From contig NC_069004.1 in the NCBI RefSeq assembly GCF_001194135.2, positions 27,706,790-27,770,789 on the forward strand: a stretch of 64,000 bases of DNA, written 5' to 3'. The translations under genes were made by a program, and so were the position numbers. Below are positions 12,163-24,039 of this stretch, in pieces. Origin of the DNA: Octopus bimaculoides (lineage: Eukaryota). The notes under the pieces are model-generated. The model saw only the letters and a list, made by a program, of their open reading frames with translations. It was not told the origin of the DNA and ran no database searches. Each line of letters begins with the position of its first letter. The first letter of the stretch is position 1.

Positions 12163-12320
12163 GCTTCTTTCAGTTTCTATTTTCCAGATTCACTCAAAAG
12201 GCTTTGCTTGGCTCGAGGCTAAAGTAGAAGATACTTGCCCAAGATGTCATGCAGTGAGACTGAACCCAGAACCATGTGGTTGGGATGCAAGCTTCTTACC
12301 ACACAGCCATGCCTGCACCT
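11865..12320 (-). mobile_element. SINE family A, near full length, with an expanded internal (TA)n containing a gap
   Basis: Tail TTACTTGTTTCAGT..., internal (TA)n with Ns at 12121-12130, core and head ending CCACACAGCCATGCCTG. Confidence 0.8.
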
Positions 12321-12382
12321 ATTTTGTGAATTCCCCTTTTATACCTAATAAACATTTGAATATATATTTGTCATATTATAGG

Positions 12383-12545
12383 CACAGGTATGACTGTGTG
12401 GTTCAGAACCTTGCTTCTTAATCATGTGGTCTTGGGTTCAGTCCTAGTGCATTGCACCTTAAGCAAATGTCTCCTGCTATAACCCTGGGCTGACTAAAAA
12501 CTTGTAAGTGGATTTGATTGACAGCACCTGAAAGAAACCTGTGAT
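12383..12545 (+). mobile_element. SINE family A head+core
   Basis: GGCACAGGTATGACTGTGTGGTTCAG...GGTTCAGTCC...GCACCTTAAGCAAATGTCT...CTGAAAGAAACC. Confidence 0.75.
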
Positions 12546-12580
12546 ATGTGAATACACACACACACACACATACACACACA

Positions 12581-12632
<52 letters not shown>

Positions 12633-12702
12633 GACACCTCAGAAGTAAATAGACTCCATTTGTGAAAGGTTTTTTTTCTAGAAAGAAAATAATGTTATTC
12701 GA

Positions 12703-12920
12703 TGCATTCAAATATTTAATCTGTCAAATGAAATGCTTAATTATTCATATTTCTCTGAATTAACCATGCATTATCTCATGGCTTCAAGATTTTGGTGATG
12801 TGATTGTTTATTTTTATAATAACATTGTAGGGGAGGTGCGAGAAGCTAGATCTGGTTCATTTGAGTCTACAAAAAGCAGACCGTTTGGGCTGGATATGGC
12901 GAGTTTTAAATGTTAAAGGG
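12703..12920 (+). mobile_element. Degenerate copy of the piggyBac-type MITE (5' TIR lost)
   Basis: Body aligns by eye to 15773-15992 (GCATTATCTCATGGCTTCAAGATTTTGGTGATGTGATTG...GGATATGGC...AAATGTTAAAGGG). Confidence 0.65.
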
Positions 12921-13377
12921 TGAAACGATGGCAGTGATATTTTATTAATATAATTTGTCCTTTGTTATTTGTGTTTTTTTTTGTTTTTTTTTGTTATAGT
13001 CTCAAGTATTATGTTACCCATCAATTTTCATCCCCTGATGTTTAGTCGTAAACTTCTTGCATTATTCATGAGTAAATATTGTATATAATTTAATGGAAAT
13101 GTGGGTGTCAAATGCTGAAAATAGAACATATTTTTATAATTTACTTATTTATCTCTCTAATGTATGTCTGTGTGTGCATGCATGTATATATGTGTATATA
13201 TGTATGCATATGAGTGTGTGTATATATACATATATATACACACACACATTTTATATATACAGGAATTTTCAATTGGCCGGATAGCTGAAGAGATGTTGGC
13301 ATGGGCTCCCACCCTGGCATCTGAATCTCAGAGTTTTATCATGGCTACTGAATAAGTGTCACATATTTTTACAGATG

Positions 13378-13409
<32 letters not shown>

Positions 13410-13495
13410 NNNNNNNNNNNNNNNNNNNNNNNNNNNNNNNNNNNNNNNNNNNNNNNNNNNNNNNNNNATATATAAATATATATATATATATATAT

Positions 13496-14050
13496 CATCA
13501 TCATCATCATCGTCGTTTAACATCCATTGTCCATGCTGGCATGGGTTGGACAGTTTGACTAGAGCTGGTAAGCTGAGGGGCAGCACCAGACTCCGGTTTG
13601 ATTTGGTGTGGTTTTAATGGCTAGATGTCTTTCCTAATGCCGACCACTCCGAGAGTATAATGGGTGCTTTTATGTGCTGCCAGGATGAGTGTCAGTTGCA
13701 TGACACTGTTATATGCCACAACTACGATTACACTTAGCTTGATGAGTCTTCTACTCAAACACGGCATACTGCTGAAGGTCTCAGTTATTTGTCATTGCCT
13801 GTATGAGGCCCAACACTCAAAAGGTGCTTTTTACATGCAACACCAGCCTTGGCCACATTGCTTCCGTGAGCCCCATCGCTTGACATGGGTGCCTGTTATG
13901 TGACACCAGCATCAGCCTGGCTTGACAGGTCTTTTCAAGCACAGCATATTGCCAAAGGTCTCCGTCACTAGTCATTGCCTGCTTGAGACCCAACGTTTGA
14001 AGATCATGCTTCACCACCATGTCTCATGTCTTCCTAAATCTACCCCTTCC
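13496..14050 (-). mobile_element. RTE-clade LINE 3' end: ORF C-terminus, 3' UTR and (GAT)n tail
   Basis: Minus strand GRGRFRKT*DMVVKHDLQTLGLKQAMTSDGDLWQYAVLEK matches the RTE C-terminal RGRPRKTW...DL..LGL...M..DR..WR pattern. The 3' UTR ends TAAACGACGATGATGATG. Confidence 0.85.
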
Positions 14051-14228
14051 CTCTACAGCTAGAGATCAGCACTTCTTTACACATATAAGTATATATGTAA
14101 ATGTGTGTGTAAATACACACACACACACACACATATATATTCATTCTTTTTCCCATGGTGGTGCTCCAGAATGACCACAGCTGAATGGCTGAAATGAATA
14201 AAAGGATAAAAGAATATGTATCTGTGTG

Positions 14229-14278
<50 letters not shown>

Positions 14279-15772
14279 AATGTATGTATCTTTATGTGCA
14301 TACATGTATGTATGTATGTGTATGTGTGTGTCTGTGTCTGTGTGTGTGTGTGTGTGTGTGAGTCCTTGCCAGTAAGGAAACATTTAGCATGCAGATATTC
14401 CATATACCTCTTTTGTTGTGCATGTAATGAACAGTAAAACGTGTGTGTGTGGCAGGGTAAATGTGTGTAGCAGCAGCAATAATTGAATGTCAGAACAAAA
14501 TTTATTTCGATGACCTGTTTTAGTGCTCTAACTACACGTCAAATTACGGATAAAATTCAAATTAAAAATGAATTGTTTTCATTAATTTTATTCCCTTTTC
14601 TAAACTTTGTGTTTACTTCTACTTTTATTAACTACCCCCACCTCTCCCTGTTTCTCTTTTTTTCTTTCTCTCTCATGTCTTGTCTCCAATAAATTTTTAA
14701 TTATTCAAAAATTCTTTTTTTTTCTTTACTTTTTACTTTGTTATATTTTTTTACTCTTTCAGTGTTTGCCTTGTTCGTAAATATAAGACTTTAAAACGAG
14801 AATATCCTCATATTTTGTCTTTTGGGTTTTGTGTGTGTGTATGTTTGAATCTTTTTATTTTTACTCCTTGCTTCTTTGTAATGTCTTCATTAAATGATGT
14901 TCAGGTTTCATAATGTATATAATTGTCAATAATGGTAGTCGTAGACACGATATTAAAAGCTGTAAAAGAAAATAACCAAATGATTTTTAATGATTTGTTT
15001 ATTTTCAATGTTTGGAGCTAAACAAAACTGATGTGAACACAAAACACACACCCACACCCACACACACACACACACATATACACTCACATGCAGTTTTAAT
15101 TGTTCCCTGGGAATTTTAAATAAGATATCTGCAAGCGCCAAATAAAGTGGAAGATGTGCTGAGCTGTCTTATTGAATGAAATATTTGCAGATGCTCATAA
15201 TGTACCTAAAGATTTAAATAGTTCTCTGTCAGCTTTAATAATGAGCATTCCAGTTATTCAATCAACTACACTACCTCATCACCGAACTGGTGTTTAGGTG
15301 GCTGAGTATTCCATAGACATAGTGTATTACAAGAGTGAATTACAGGAACAGTCCATCCAAAGAGATTCTACACATTCTCTATCTACTCAGTTGCATTCGC
15401 AATGCTTGATTTAATCTGAGGCCATTCTAAAAGCTACTTGAGATGATGCACAGCAGGACTGATCACATGATCTCATGATTGCAAAGTAAACTTAACCATT
15501 TAACTATGACTGCATCTTCTATGCAAATGTGTACATACACGAGATGTATGTGCACTGATGTATCAGATCTACATGCATGTGCACTGATGTATCAGATGTA
15601 CATGGACATGCTCGTGAGCACATGTGCACACATAATGTTTCTACGGAGAAAACATAACCAATGGATGACCTCTTCAAGGAGGGATGGAAATGTTTTTTTT
15701 TTTTTACAATTTTTTTTTCAATGTATTTTATAGGCAACATCAAAATGAAATTACTGCTATGCCATATCTTAA

Positions 15773-15992
15773 CCCTTTAGCATTCAGATTACTCTGCCAA
15801 ATGTAATGCTTATTTATTCACATAGCTTTCAGTTGATCACGTATTATCTTGTGGCTTTGAGATTTTGATGATGTGATTGTATAATTTTAGCATGACATTG
15901 TAGGGTAGGTGTGAGATGCCAAATCTGGCCAGTTTGAACATAAAACAGGAAGAATATTTAGACCAGATATGGCCGGTTTAAATGCTAAAGGG
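15773..15992 (+). mobile_element. piggyBac-type non-autonomous element (MITE), 220 bp
   Basis: Perfect 12-bp TIRs CCCTTTAGCATT / AATGCTAAAGGG flanked by TTAA at 15769-15772 and 15993-15996. Confidence 0.9.
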
Positions 15993-16252
15993 TTAAAGAT
16001 ATAAGTAAGAGATATAATAAAATTGTCAAGGAAGTACTTGCCGTACTAAATACAAATCCAATTGATCACTTGAGATTATCTGTGTAATTAGTTGGCAGAC
16101 ACCTTTTTTGAAGTGTTTAAGCTCTAAAAACAAACAAGGGGTTATTGTTTTGGCCTTTTTATCTATTGGACTCCTGATTTATTATATGCTCTTTTCCCTA
16201 TGGCAGCATGATACAGTATATCAACTGTTAAGCATGTTGTCAGGTTGTTACC

Positions 16253-16995
16253 TTTCTTGTCCCTCCATCATGTGATGAAAGTTATGGAGAGAGTCATAGC
16301 CCAACTAATGAGGGAGAGAGTTAGTCTAGATGAGATGCAGTTTGGTTTTGTGCCAAGGAGAAGCACCACTGATGCTATATTTCTGGTAAGACAGCTGCAG
16401 GAGAAATTCCTAGCCAAAGATAAATCTCTGTACTTGGCCTCTGTTGACTTGGCAAAAGCTTTTGACAGAGTCCCCCGATCCCTTATCTGGTGATCAATGC
16501 AGAAACTAGGGATAGACAAGTGATTGGTAAGAGATGTACAAGTCATGTACAGGAATGCTACCAGTAAGGTGAGGGTTGGTAATGACTACAGCAAAGAATT
16601 CAGGGTTCAAGTAGAGGTTCACCAAGGATTGGTAATCAGGCCCTTCTTATTCATCATAGTCCTCCAGGCAATAACAGAGGAATTCAAGACAGGTTACCCC
16701 TGGGAGCTCCTCTATGCTGATGACCTTGCTCTTAAAGCTGAATCACTACTAGAACTAGAGAAGAAATTCCAGGTATGGAAAACAAGGTCTAGAATGGAAT
16801 GGCTTTAGAGTTAACCTAGCAAAAACCAAAGTCTTAGTAAGTAGGAAAGCAGACAAATCATAAATCTCTTCAGGTAGATAGCCCTCCTCAATCTGTTGAA
16901 AAGGCGTAGGTAGAAGCTCCATAAGATGTACTCAGTGCAGCAATATCAGAGGAAGGTTAACAGAGAAACTAGCTTTTGTATGTGGAAGATGCACA
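16253..16995 (+). pseudogene. RTE-clade LINE reverse transcriptase fragment
   Basis: One frame gives QFGFVPRRSTTDAIF, VDLAKAFDRVPR, VHQGLVIRPFLF (GVxQGSxLSPxLF) and LLYADDL, followed by VNLAKTKVL after a frameshift. In-frame TGA stops at conserved Trp positions. Confidence 0.93.
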
Positions 16996-17223
16996 GGTGT
17001 TTTATGTTGAACTCAGTTGTTGTATCAGAATTTCAAACCCATCCATGGGGTACATTTTTCTCATACTGCTCTCTACATTTCATGATGTTTTGTTTTGCTT
17101 CAGTTAATGTTTTTATGAATTACTTTAGTGCCTTGCCTAGGATTGAGCTCAGCACCTCTAGGTGACTGCACTGCATTAACCAATGTCTTTATCTACTATG
17201 CTATGCCTGAGCTCAACACAAGA

Positions 17224-17265
17224 CACCTGAAGAAGGTTGGAGCATACAACAGCTGAAACATGGTG
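17224..17265 (+). ncRNA. Degenerate minimal hammerhead-ribozyme motif in a Penelope-like remnant
   Basis: CAC-CTGAAGA-A-GGTTG(GAGCATACAA)CAGCT-GAAAC-ATG-GTG: intact CUGANGA and GAAA core, 5-bp stem II with wobbles, 3-bp stem I. The cleavage triplet is mutated. Confidence 0.55.
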
Positions 17266-18028
17266 AAAATAGCAGCCAGGAGGAGACACCAGTTTGACTA
17301 ATATAAGCAGTACACATAATATAAATCCCTCGTCTCAAATGCAGAATTGAGATAAATGTAATTCTTCCATTCCCAGACTTATTGTTTTTAATTCAAAAAC
17401 CTCTCAATCCAGACAATAATAGAATCACCTTAAAAGCAGTATAATAGCCAAAAATTTAAGAAGACCTAAATAAACATATACAAGTTTAACATATAAAAAG
17501 TCATTTTATAAACTCAAAGACAATCAACAGAGATCAGTGAATAAATATTTTGCAAGATGGTAACAAAAGACTCTGATACAAATGAAAGAACTAAAAAAAT
17601 GAATGGGCAGTGAGTATGTGTTTAATTATTGGTGAAGATGACTGTTCTGAAAGTCAGCGATAGATGCTTCAACACCCATTTTTAGATTAAAATTTGTGCA
17701 ACATATTTCGTACTCTTTTGTTTTCAATACATTAAAATCACACACTAGAATATTCTCTATTCTATTGTCTTGTATTATTTCTATAACAAATAGGTTTCAT
17801 GCATTTTTGCATCAATATTTTCTCTGTGTATGTAAATATATCTACTTGTATTTTATCATTTGTTTTTCTACCTTATACAAAATTCAGAAGCAACATCCGT
17901 TTCTGATTATTTGTGGTGACTTGATGAGTTTACAATGAGTAAATCATAAAACTTAGACATTTTGCAAACGCTTTAAAACATGGCTTGTTTAACCTGTTAA
18001 AACATTATGTTGCATCAGTTTTCCCCAT

Positions 18029-18068
<40 letters not shown>

Positions 18069-18661
18069 CTCCCCCCATTATTGTATGTTTTATGTGTGTG
18101 AGTGTGCTGGTTCGAAAATCATTGGAAATTGGCTGTGCACATAAATTCAGAGTTTGCTAAATAAACAAATGGACTTTTTGACAGGTCCTGGGTGATGATT
18201 TTTTTCTTTTTCTTTTTTTTTTCATCTGATTATGATACTCAAGAGAAACACTATTTCTTCCTCTCAAATTAAAATCGAATTGCTCTTGGCATATATCCAC
18301 ATTCTAAACAAATAAGCTTTCTCAAATACAGTCATGGTTCAGTGGTAAAATAGATTTGTTAAGTTTTTGTTCTGTTAAAGTTGCTTCTGAGACATAATAG
18401 TTACAATGTCAAATTCGGAAGCGTATGGACAAGCAACTGTTTACAGAGCCAACAAACATATTGGCAGAATGTTTAAAACTGATAAAAGTTTCTCCCCGCT
18501 TCTTCTTTTTTTTTTTTTTTTTAAATTATTTCTGTTGGTGTTCTTGTTAAATATTAATGAAGTTGCAGAAATGGCTGAGTGCAGTACTAAATATAAAATG
18601 ACTTTGCTACAATTACTTACCTACATTCTGATTTCAAATCCCACCAAGGTTAACTTTGACT

Positions 18662-19065
18662 TTCATTTTTCCAGTGGCTGTGTAGTAAGAAGTTCATTTC
18701 CCAGCCACGTGGTTTGAGGTTCAGTCCCACGGTGTAGTACTTTGGGTAAGTGTCTTCTACTATAGCCCTGGGCTGACCAAAGCCTTGCAAGTGGATTTGG
18801 TAAACAGAAACTGAAAGAAGCCTGTCATATGTATTTATATATTTGTGTGTGTGTGTGTGTGTCTTTGTGTATATATTTGTCCTCCACTGCCGCTTCACAA
18901 CAGCTGTTGTTTTGTTTACATCCTCATAACTTAGCAGTTCAGCAAAAAAGACCAATAGAATAAGTACCAGGCTTAAAAAAATATCTACTGGGGCTGAGTT
19001 GTTTGAATGAACTTAAGGTGGTGTTCCAGTGTGGCTGTGGTCCAGTGATGGAGACAAGTAAAAGA
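18662..19065 (+). mobile_element. SINE family A, full length, diverged
   Basis: Head GTGGCTGTGTAGTAAGAAG, core, internal (TG)n, GACCAATAGAATAAGTACCAGG, tail GAGACAAGTAAAAGAG. Confidence 0.85.
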
Positions 19066-20134
19066 GAGAAGATAATGTGCTTGGTTCAATTTAGAATTGT
19101 TGTACACTATTCAGCTTCTAATGAATTAATGTGTTTTGTTGCTGGGTAGGGGATAAGAGGGTTGGCTTTATCTTTCTTCCAGTGTTGATCACATATGAAT
19201 TAATAATACATTGGGCTTAATTCACAATTGTGGTGCTCTTCAGTATGAGATTCAGTTTAGGTGGTGGTGGGGATGGTGGTGGTGGTGGTGACGATGGTTG
19301 TAGATCAGCTTTGCTTTTTAGTCTTACAGGTGTCCCCCCCCCAAAAAAAAGAAACCGAATAAGTGAGGTCTGTCATACACAATGCAGTGATAATAAAGAA
19401 AAATATTAGCATTAATAATAATGCTTGTCAAGAAAGGCAAGGGAGACAAATACGAAATCATAATTGATTAAATATTGAATGAGGGTGGTGGGGTCATGTG
19501 TCAGAGGAGTGGGCTCAGTCTTTAGTAAGTACAGTGGCAACTTGTCAAAGGAGTTGGCATTACATTAATAATAGCATGTCAGTTCTCATGCCATTTATTT
19601 AGATTTATTTCTCTACTTTCTAACGACATATTCTGCCAGGTTTAACTTTACTTTCCATTCATCCAAGGTTCATTAATCTACCCTGTTGAGCAAAGTTGAG
19701 CAAGTTTAGCAACTTGACTAGCAGCAGTACATTATTACATTTATTGATTTGCAGCAGTGTGAATGAGAGAAATGATGTCCACTATTTATCAACTAAAGGA
19801 ACCAAGTTGATTCAAATTTCCAGGAACAGGATCATGTAGCTTTTGTTTTCAGCTTTCCTCCACAATGCATTGTCATCACCACCAACTGACTACAACTTGT
19901 GCTTGTGTTGGGCCTGACAAACAGGTGTGCCACATTACCTGTTCCATTGCCAGTGTCCTGAAATTATCAGCAGTCACAACAGCATTGTCTTCCATCAAAG
20001 TTTTGACCATGGTTTTGGAAGAGTATCACAAACAGTGCCTGGCCAAGTTGCGGCTGTCTTCCTACTATTTTATTGGTCATTTGGGAATCAAGACCAGATT
20101 GCACACTTGACCAGCTGTAAAAGTATTATCAATA

Positions 20135-20590
20135 ATAATTCTTTCTAATTTTGGCACAAGATCAGCAATTTTGAAGGGAGGGGAAGTCAGTTACATTGAC
20201 CCCTCCCCCCAGTGTTCAACTGGTATTTATTTGATTGACTGAAGAGATAGAAGGCAAAGTCAACTTCAGTGCAGTTTGAACTCAGAAACATAGAGAGCTG
20301 GAAGCAATATTTCTTTCTTTATTGCCCACAGGGGGCTAAACATAGAGGGGACAAACAAGGACAGACAAAGGGATTAATCGATTACATCGACCCCGTGCGT
20401 AACTGGTACTTATTTAATCGACCCCGAAAGGATGAAAGGCAAAGTCGACGTCGGTGGAATTTGAACTCAGAACGTAACTACAGACAAAATACCGCTAAGC
20501 ATTTCGCCTGGCGCGCTACCGTTTCTGGAAGCAATATTGTTAGGCGTTTTGTTTGGTGCATAACAATTCTGACAGCTCACCACCTTAATA
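20135..20590 (-). mobile_element. Older SINE family B copy split by a younger copy
   Basis: Left part 20135-20311 (tail to TTTGAACTCAGAAAC) resumes at about 20525-20590 (GGCGTTTTG...AACAATTCTGACAGCTCACCACCTT). Confidence 0.8.
20312..20524 (-). mobile_element. Young SINE family B copy with 14-bp TSD
   Basis: CTGGAAGCAATATT at 20298-20311 and 20525-20538. CpGs are intact (GTCGACGTCGG, GGCGCGC). Confidence 0.92.
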
Positions 20591-20903
20591 TTCACAGCAA
20601 TAACAAAATGTTGATAAAGCACTGATATAGGCACGGCCATGGCTGTATGGGTCAGCAGTCAGCTTTACAACCAAGTGGCTTTCGGTTCAATTGCACATAT
20701 TTTTAATGGTCAGATGCACTCCCTGTTGCCTGTTCTTACCTGTTTTCTAAATGAGGCTGCTTTTCTTTTCAATTTGTCCCCACATATCGAAAGTAGAATC
20801 TATACGACTGTTTGCTTATGAGTCATTGTAAACAAAGATGCCACTTTTATCCAGATAGTATTAGTGAGGATACAAGGAATGTCATTCACACACAAGCACA
20901 CTT

Positions 20904-21007
<104 letters not shown>

Positions 21008-21074
21008 CACACACACGTATATATGAATACATACATATATATCATCATCATCACACGTACATACACACATATAC

Positions 21075-21600
21075 ACACAGTATGAAAATAGCGAACACAG
21101 AAAGAAGACAATGTAGGCGGGTCAATATTTAACAAATATTGTGTTCGTTTAACAATTACAAGAAAAGGAAAGAGTCTTAATGTTTCTGCTATTAGCCCTT
21201 CATCAGAAGAAAAACGTGGGAGGAAAGTGAAGGAGAACAGTGGCTGAAAAGGAAAAAATCTGGCAAGGAGGTTAGGGGCCAGGTGAAAATTTGGTTGTTT
21301 TGGTGCAGGAAGTTAAGAAAGGATGTGTAGAGCAGCATATCAGTGCATTGATATGGGTATTAAGGAAGTGTGTGAATGTGGATGGTTATGGATGTGTATG
21401 TGTGTAGAGGTGTGCAAGTGGGGACACTTAGTAGCATAGGATAGTGGGTGTGTGGGTGGATGGTGTAAGCGATAGTATTGTATGTGAAGAAAGCAAGGAA
21501 ATGAGGGGTGGTTGCAGGAGTGAGTGTGAGGTGAAAGGGAAGGCAAGAAGAATATGGAGGTTTGGTAAGAAAATATGTGTACATACACAGACACATATCA
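21075..21600 (-). mobile_element. Penelope-like pseudo-LTR remnant carrying a hammerhead motif (21175-21210)
   Basis: Minus strand TCTT-CTGATGA-AGGGCTAATAGCA-GAAA-CATT-AAGA inside a pyrimidine-rich segment, flanked by microsatellites. The Penelope assignment is inferred from the motif context. Confidence 0.55.
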
Positions 21601-23421
21601 CACGCATGCGCGCGCACGCACGGCAGGCTGCTTGTCACTGTATCTACTTAGTGCTAAAACTAACAGGTCAAGTCATATATTAGGAAGGGAGTTCTTGTGT
21701 AAACGGTAAAATTTACTGGAAAAAGTGGAAATTATGGGGAGGGCGGAGGAAACATGGTATAATCATTTATGCCAATATGTTTATTTCATCTTTTGTAAAT
21801 ATCCCAGCACTTTCTTTTATTAATGTGGCCTGTAGGGTTTCCACTACTCACCATCTTAAAATGTTCATGTTTTCTCCATCCATTATCTGATGCGTACATC
21901 TATACACATATGCACACACACATTTCAAAGCTGATATGAAAATGAACATGCACACAAAAACTGTGTTGAAAGACGGTGTTATAGAAGTTATTGTATATTA
22001 TTTGGTTGACTTAGAATATTTATTATTCCTGAATATATTCCAATGGAAAAAAAAAAATGTTTACTGCTGAGGATTGAAACCTAACGCCAATGAAAACAGG
22101 GTGTTTATTTTTTTTTATACCTTTATTCCAAACAGTACTACTCAGGGTTTAGATTTAAAGATGGCTAAACATATTCAGTGATATTAAATCTTTTTCTCTT
22201 GTATTTCATCAGGGTTGTATATATATATATATATATTCAGCGACAATTTTGCAGCCTATATAATAAAATGCACAGATTTACTGACTTCAGTAAGTCACAT
22301 TGAAATTTACTGTCAAGAGAAGTTTTCAAGTTGATTTATTATAATTATTTCGTTTGCCTGGTTACAAAAGAATAAAAAAGAAAAAAATATTAAAAAGAAT
22401 AATAAGAAAAGAAATAACATAATAAAATCACAGTTACAATTTACTCTTAACATTCAGTAGATTTTTACAATGTTGTATTGTTAATCATTGGTGAGAGGCA
22501 CAAGAGGAGAGCTTTTAATAGCAGTACTTTAGTGATGAATATAGAAGTGAATATAATACATAAATAAGTGGTTATGAGGAATCAGAGTCGTTTGGGGAAT
22601 TAATATATGTTGCTCTTAAGTCGTCTCCGTGATAAAAAGGAAAATATCTCTACAATTTAGTTCACCAGAGACTATTGCTACCTATAAAACTTTTGGAAAT
22701 ATCTCTTGCTTTCAAAATCCCTTATGGATTGTTGTTATTCTTGTTAATAGCATCTTTTATTTCTGCTCATATCTAAAAGCAGTGAAACAAAATTCATTGT
22801 CATTTTAAACACTGGCTTCCTTTTTAGAATCCAATGCTTTCATTGATATATTATGTCCTTTTCAATCTTATCTAATTGGCTGAATTAAGAAAGAATGACT
22901 TAATGACATTTTCTTGCCATTTGTGTGTTCTGTGTACATTTTCGACACTAAGAATATTTGTTATTGCCTGAAAGTGAGGTGGCATAAAATAAGCTAACTA
23001 TAGCAATAGAAACATTTTCAAAATGGCTTCGAATAGTTTCCATTATATCAACATTGGTTGTCACTTAAATTTCTATGCTACAGATCAATTTGGAGAAAAC
23101 ATTAACTTCCAAGTCATGCTTGATACTATGAATAAATCTTTGTACATTTGATTTAGCTCTATTGAATACAACTCTGAAGGTAAGCTATCTACTATTGGGT
23201 GACTTGTTCAATTGAGGTATAATATTATTCAGTTCTGAAGGTGCAGTAAATGTTAAGATCACAAGCTCAAGCCCAGCTTAATATGATTATGTTTGTCCCC
23301 TAAGCGAGTAATTCATTAACTCTTTAGTGGCAATATTTCTAACAAAATATGCTGCTTTTGTTCATTTCCTGATAATATTTCTGACAGAATATGCTGCCTA
23401 TGTTCATTTGTTTAATATCTT

Positions 23422-23820
23422 ATAGGCACAGAAGTGGCTGTGTAGTAAGTAGCTTGCTTACCAACCACATGGTTCCAGGTTCAGCCCCACTGCGTGGTAC
23501 CTTGGGCAAGTATCTTCTACTATAGCCTCGGGTTGACCAAAGCCTTGTGAGTGGATTTGGTAGACAGAAACTAAAAGAAGCCTGTTGTATATATGTATAT
23601 ATATGTTTGTGTGTCTGTGTTTGTCTCCCCAACATCGCTTGACAACCGATGCTGGTATGTTTACGTCCCCGTAACTTAGTGGTTCAGCAAAAGGGACCGA
23701 CAGAATAAGTACTAGGCTTACAAGGAATAAGTCCTGAGGTCGATTTGCTCGACTGAAGGCAGTGCTCCAGCATGGGTGCAGTCAAATGACTGAAACAAGT
23801 AAAAGAGTAAAAGAGTGAGT
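23422..23820 (+). mobile_element. SINE family A, full length, relatively young
   Basis: Complete head-core-(TA/TG)n-second domain-tail, ending GTAAAAGAGTAAAAGAGT. Confidence 0.92.
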
Positions 23821-24039
23821 ATCTGTTCTCCTTTGCTAGCAAGGAACATATGAGGATTATTTGAGGCAGAATTTTATGACTGGATGCTCTGCCTGTCACC
23901 AACCCTTACAACAACAAAGAATGCAAACACCACTGCCATTTTGCTCTGACAGTGACAAGTAATACTGTGAATTATCAATATGTCCATATAAGCACACATA
24001 CTTGTATGCATGCCTTTTTTTTTTCTTTTTACTTTTATA

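Noticed and set aside
15548-15597. 29-bp tandem duplication with a small hairpin (also an 18-bp repeat at about 30105-30145)
   Set aside because: Two-copy slippage products in low-complexity DNA, with no evidence of function.
16245-16808. Functional reverse transcriptase gene or retron-like system
   Set aside because: In-frame stops, a frameshift and truncation at both ends; motifs are those of RTE LINEs, and there is no associated ncRNA or effector.
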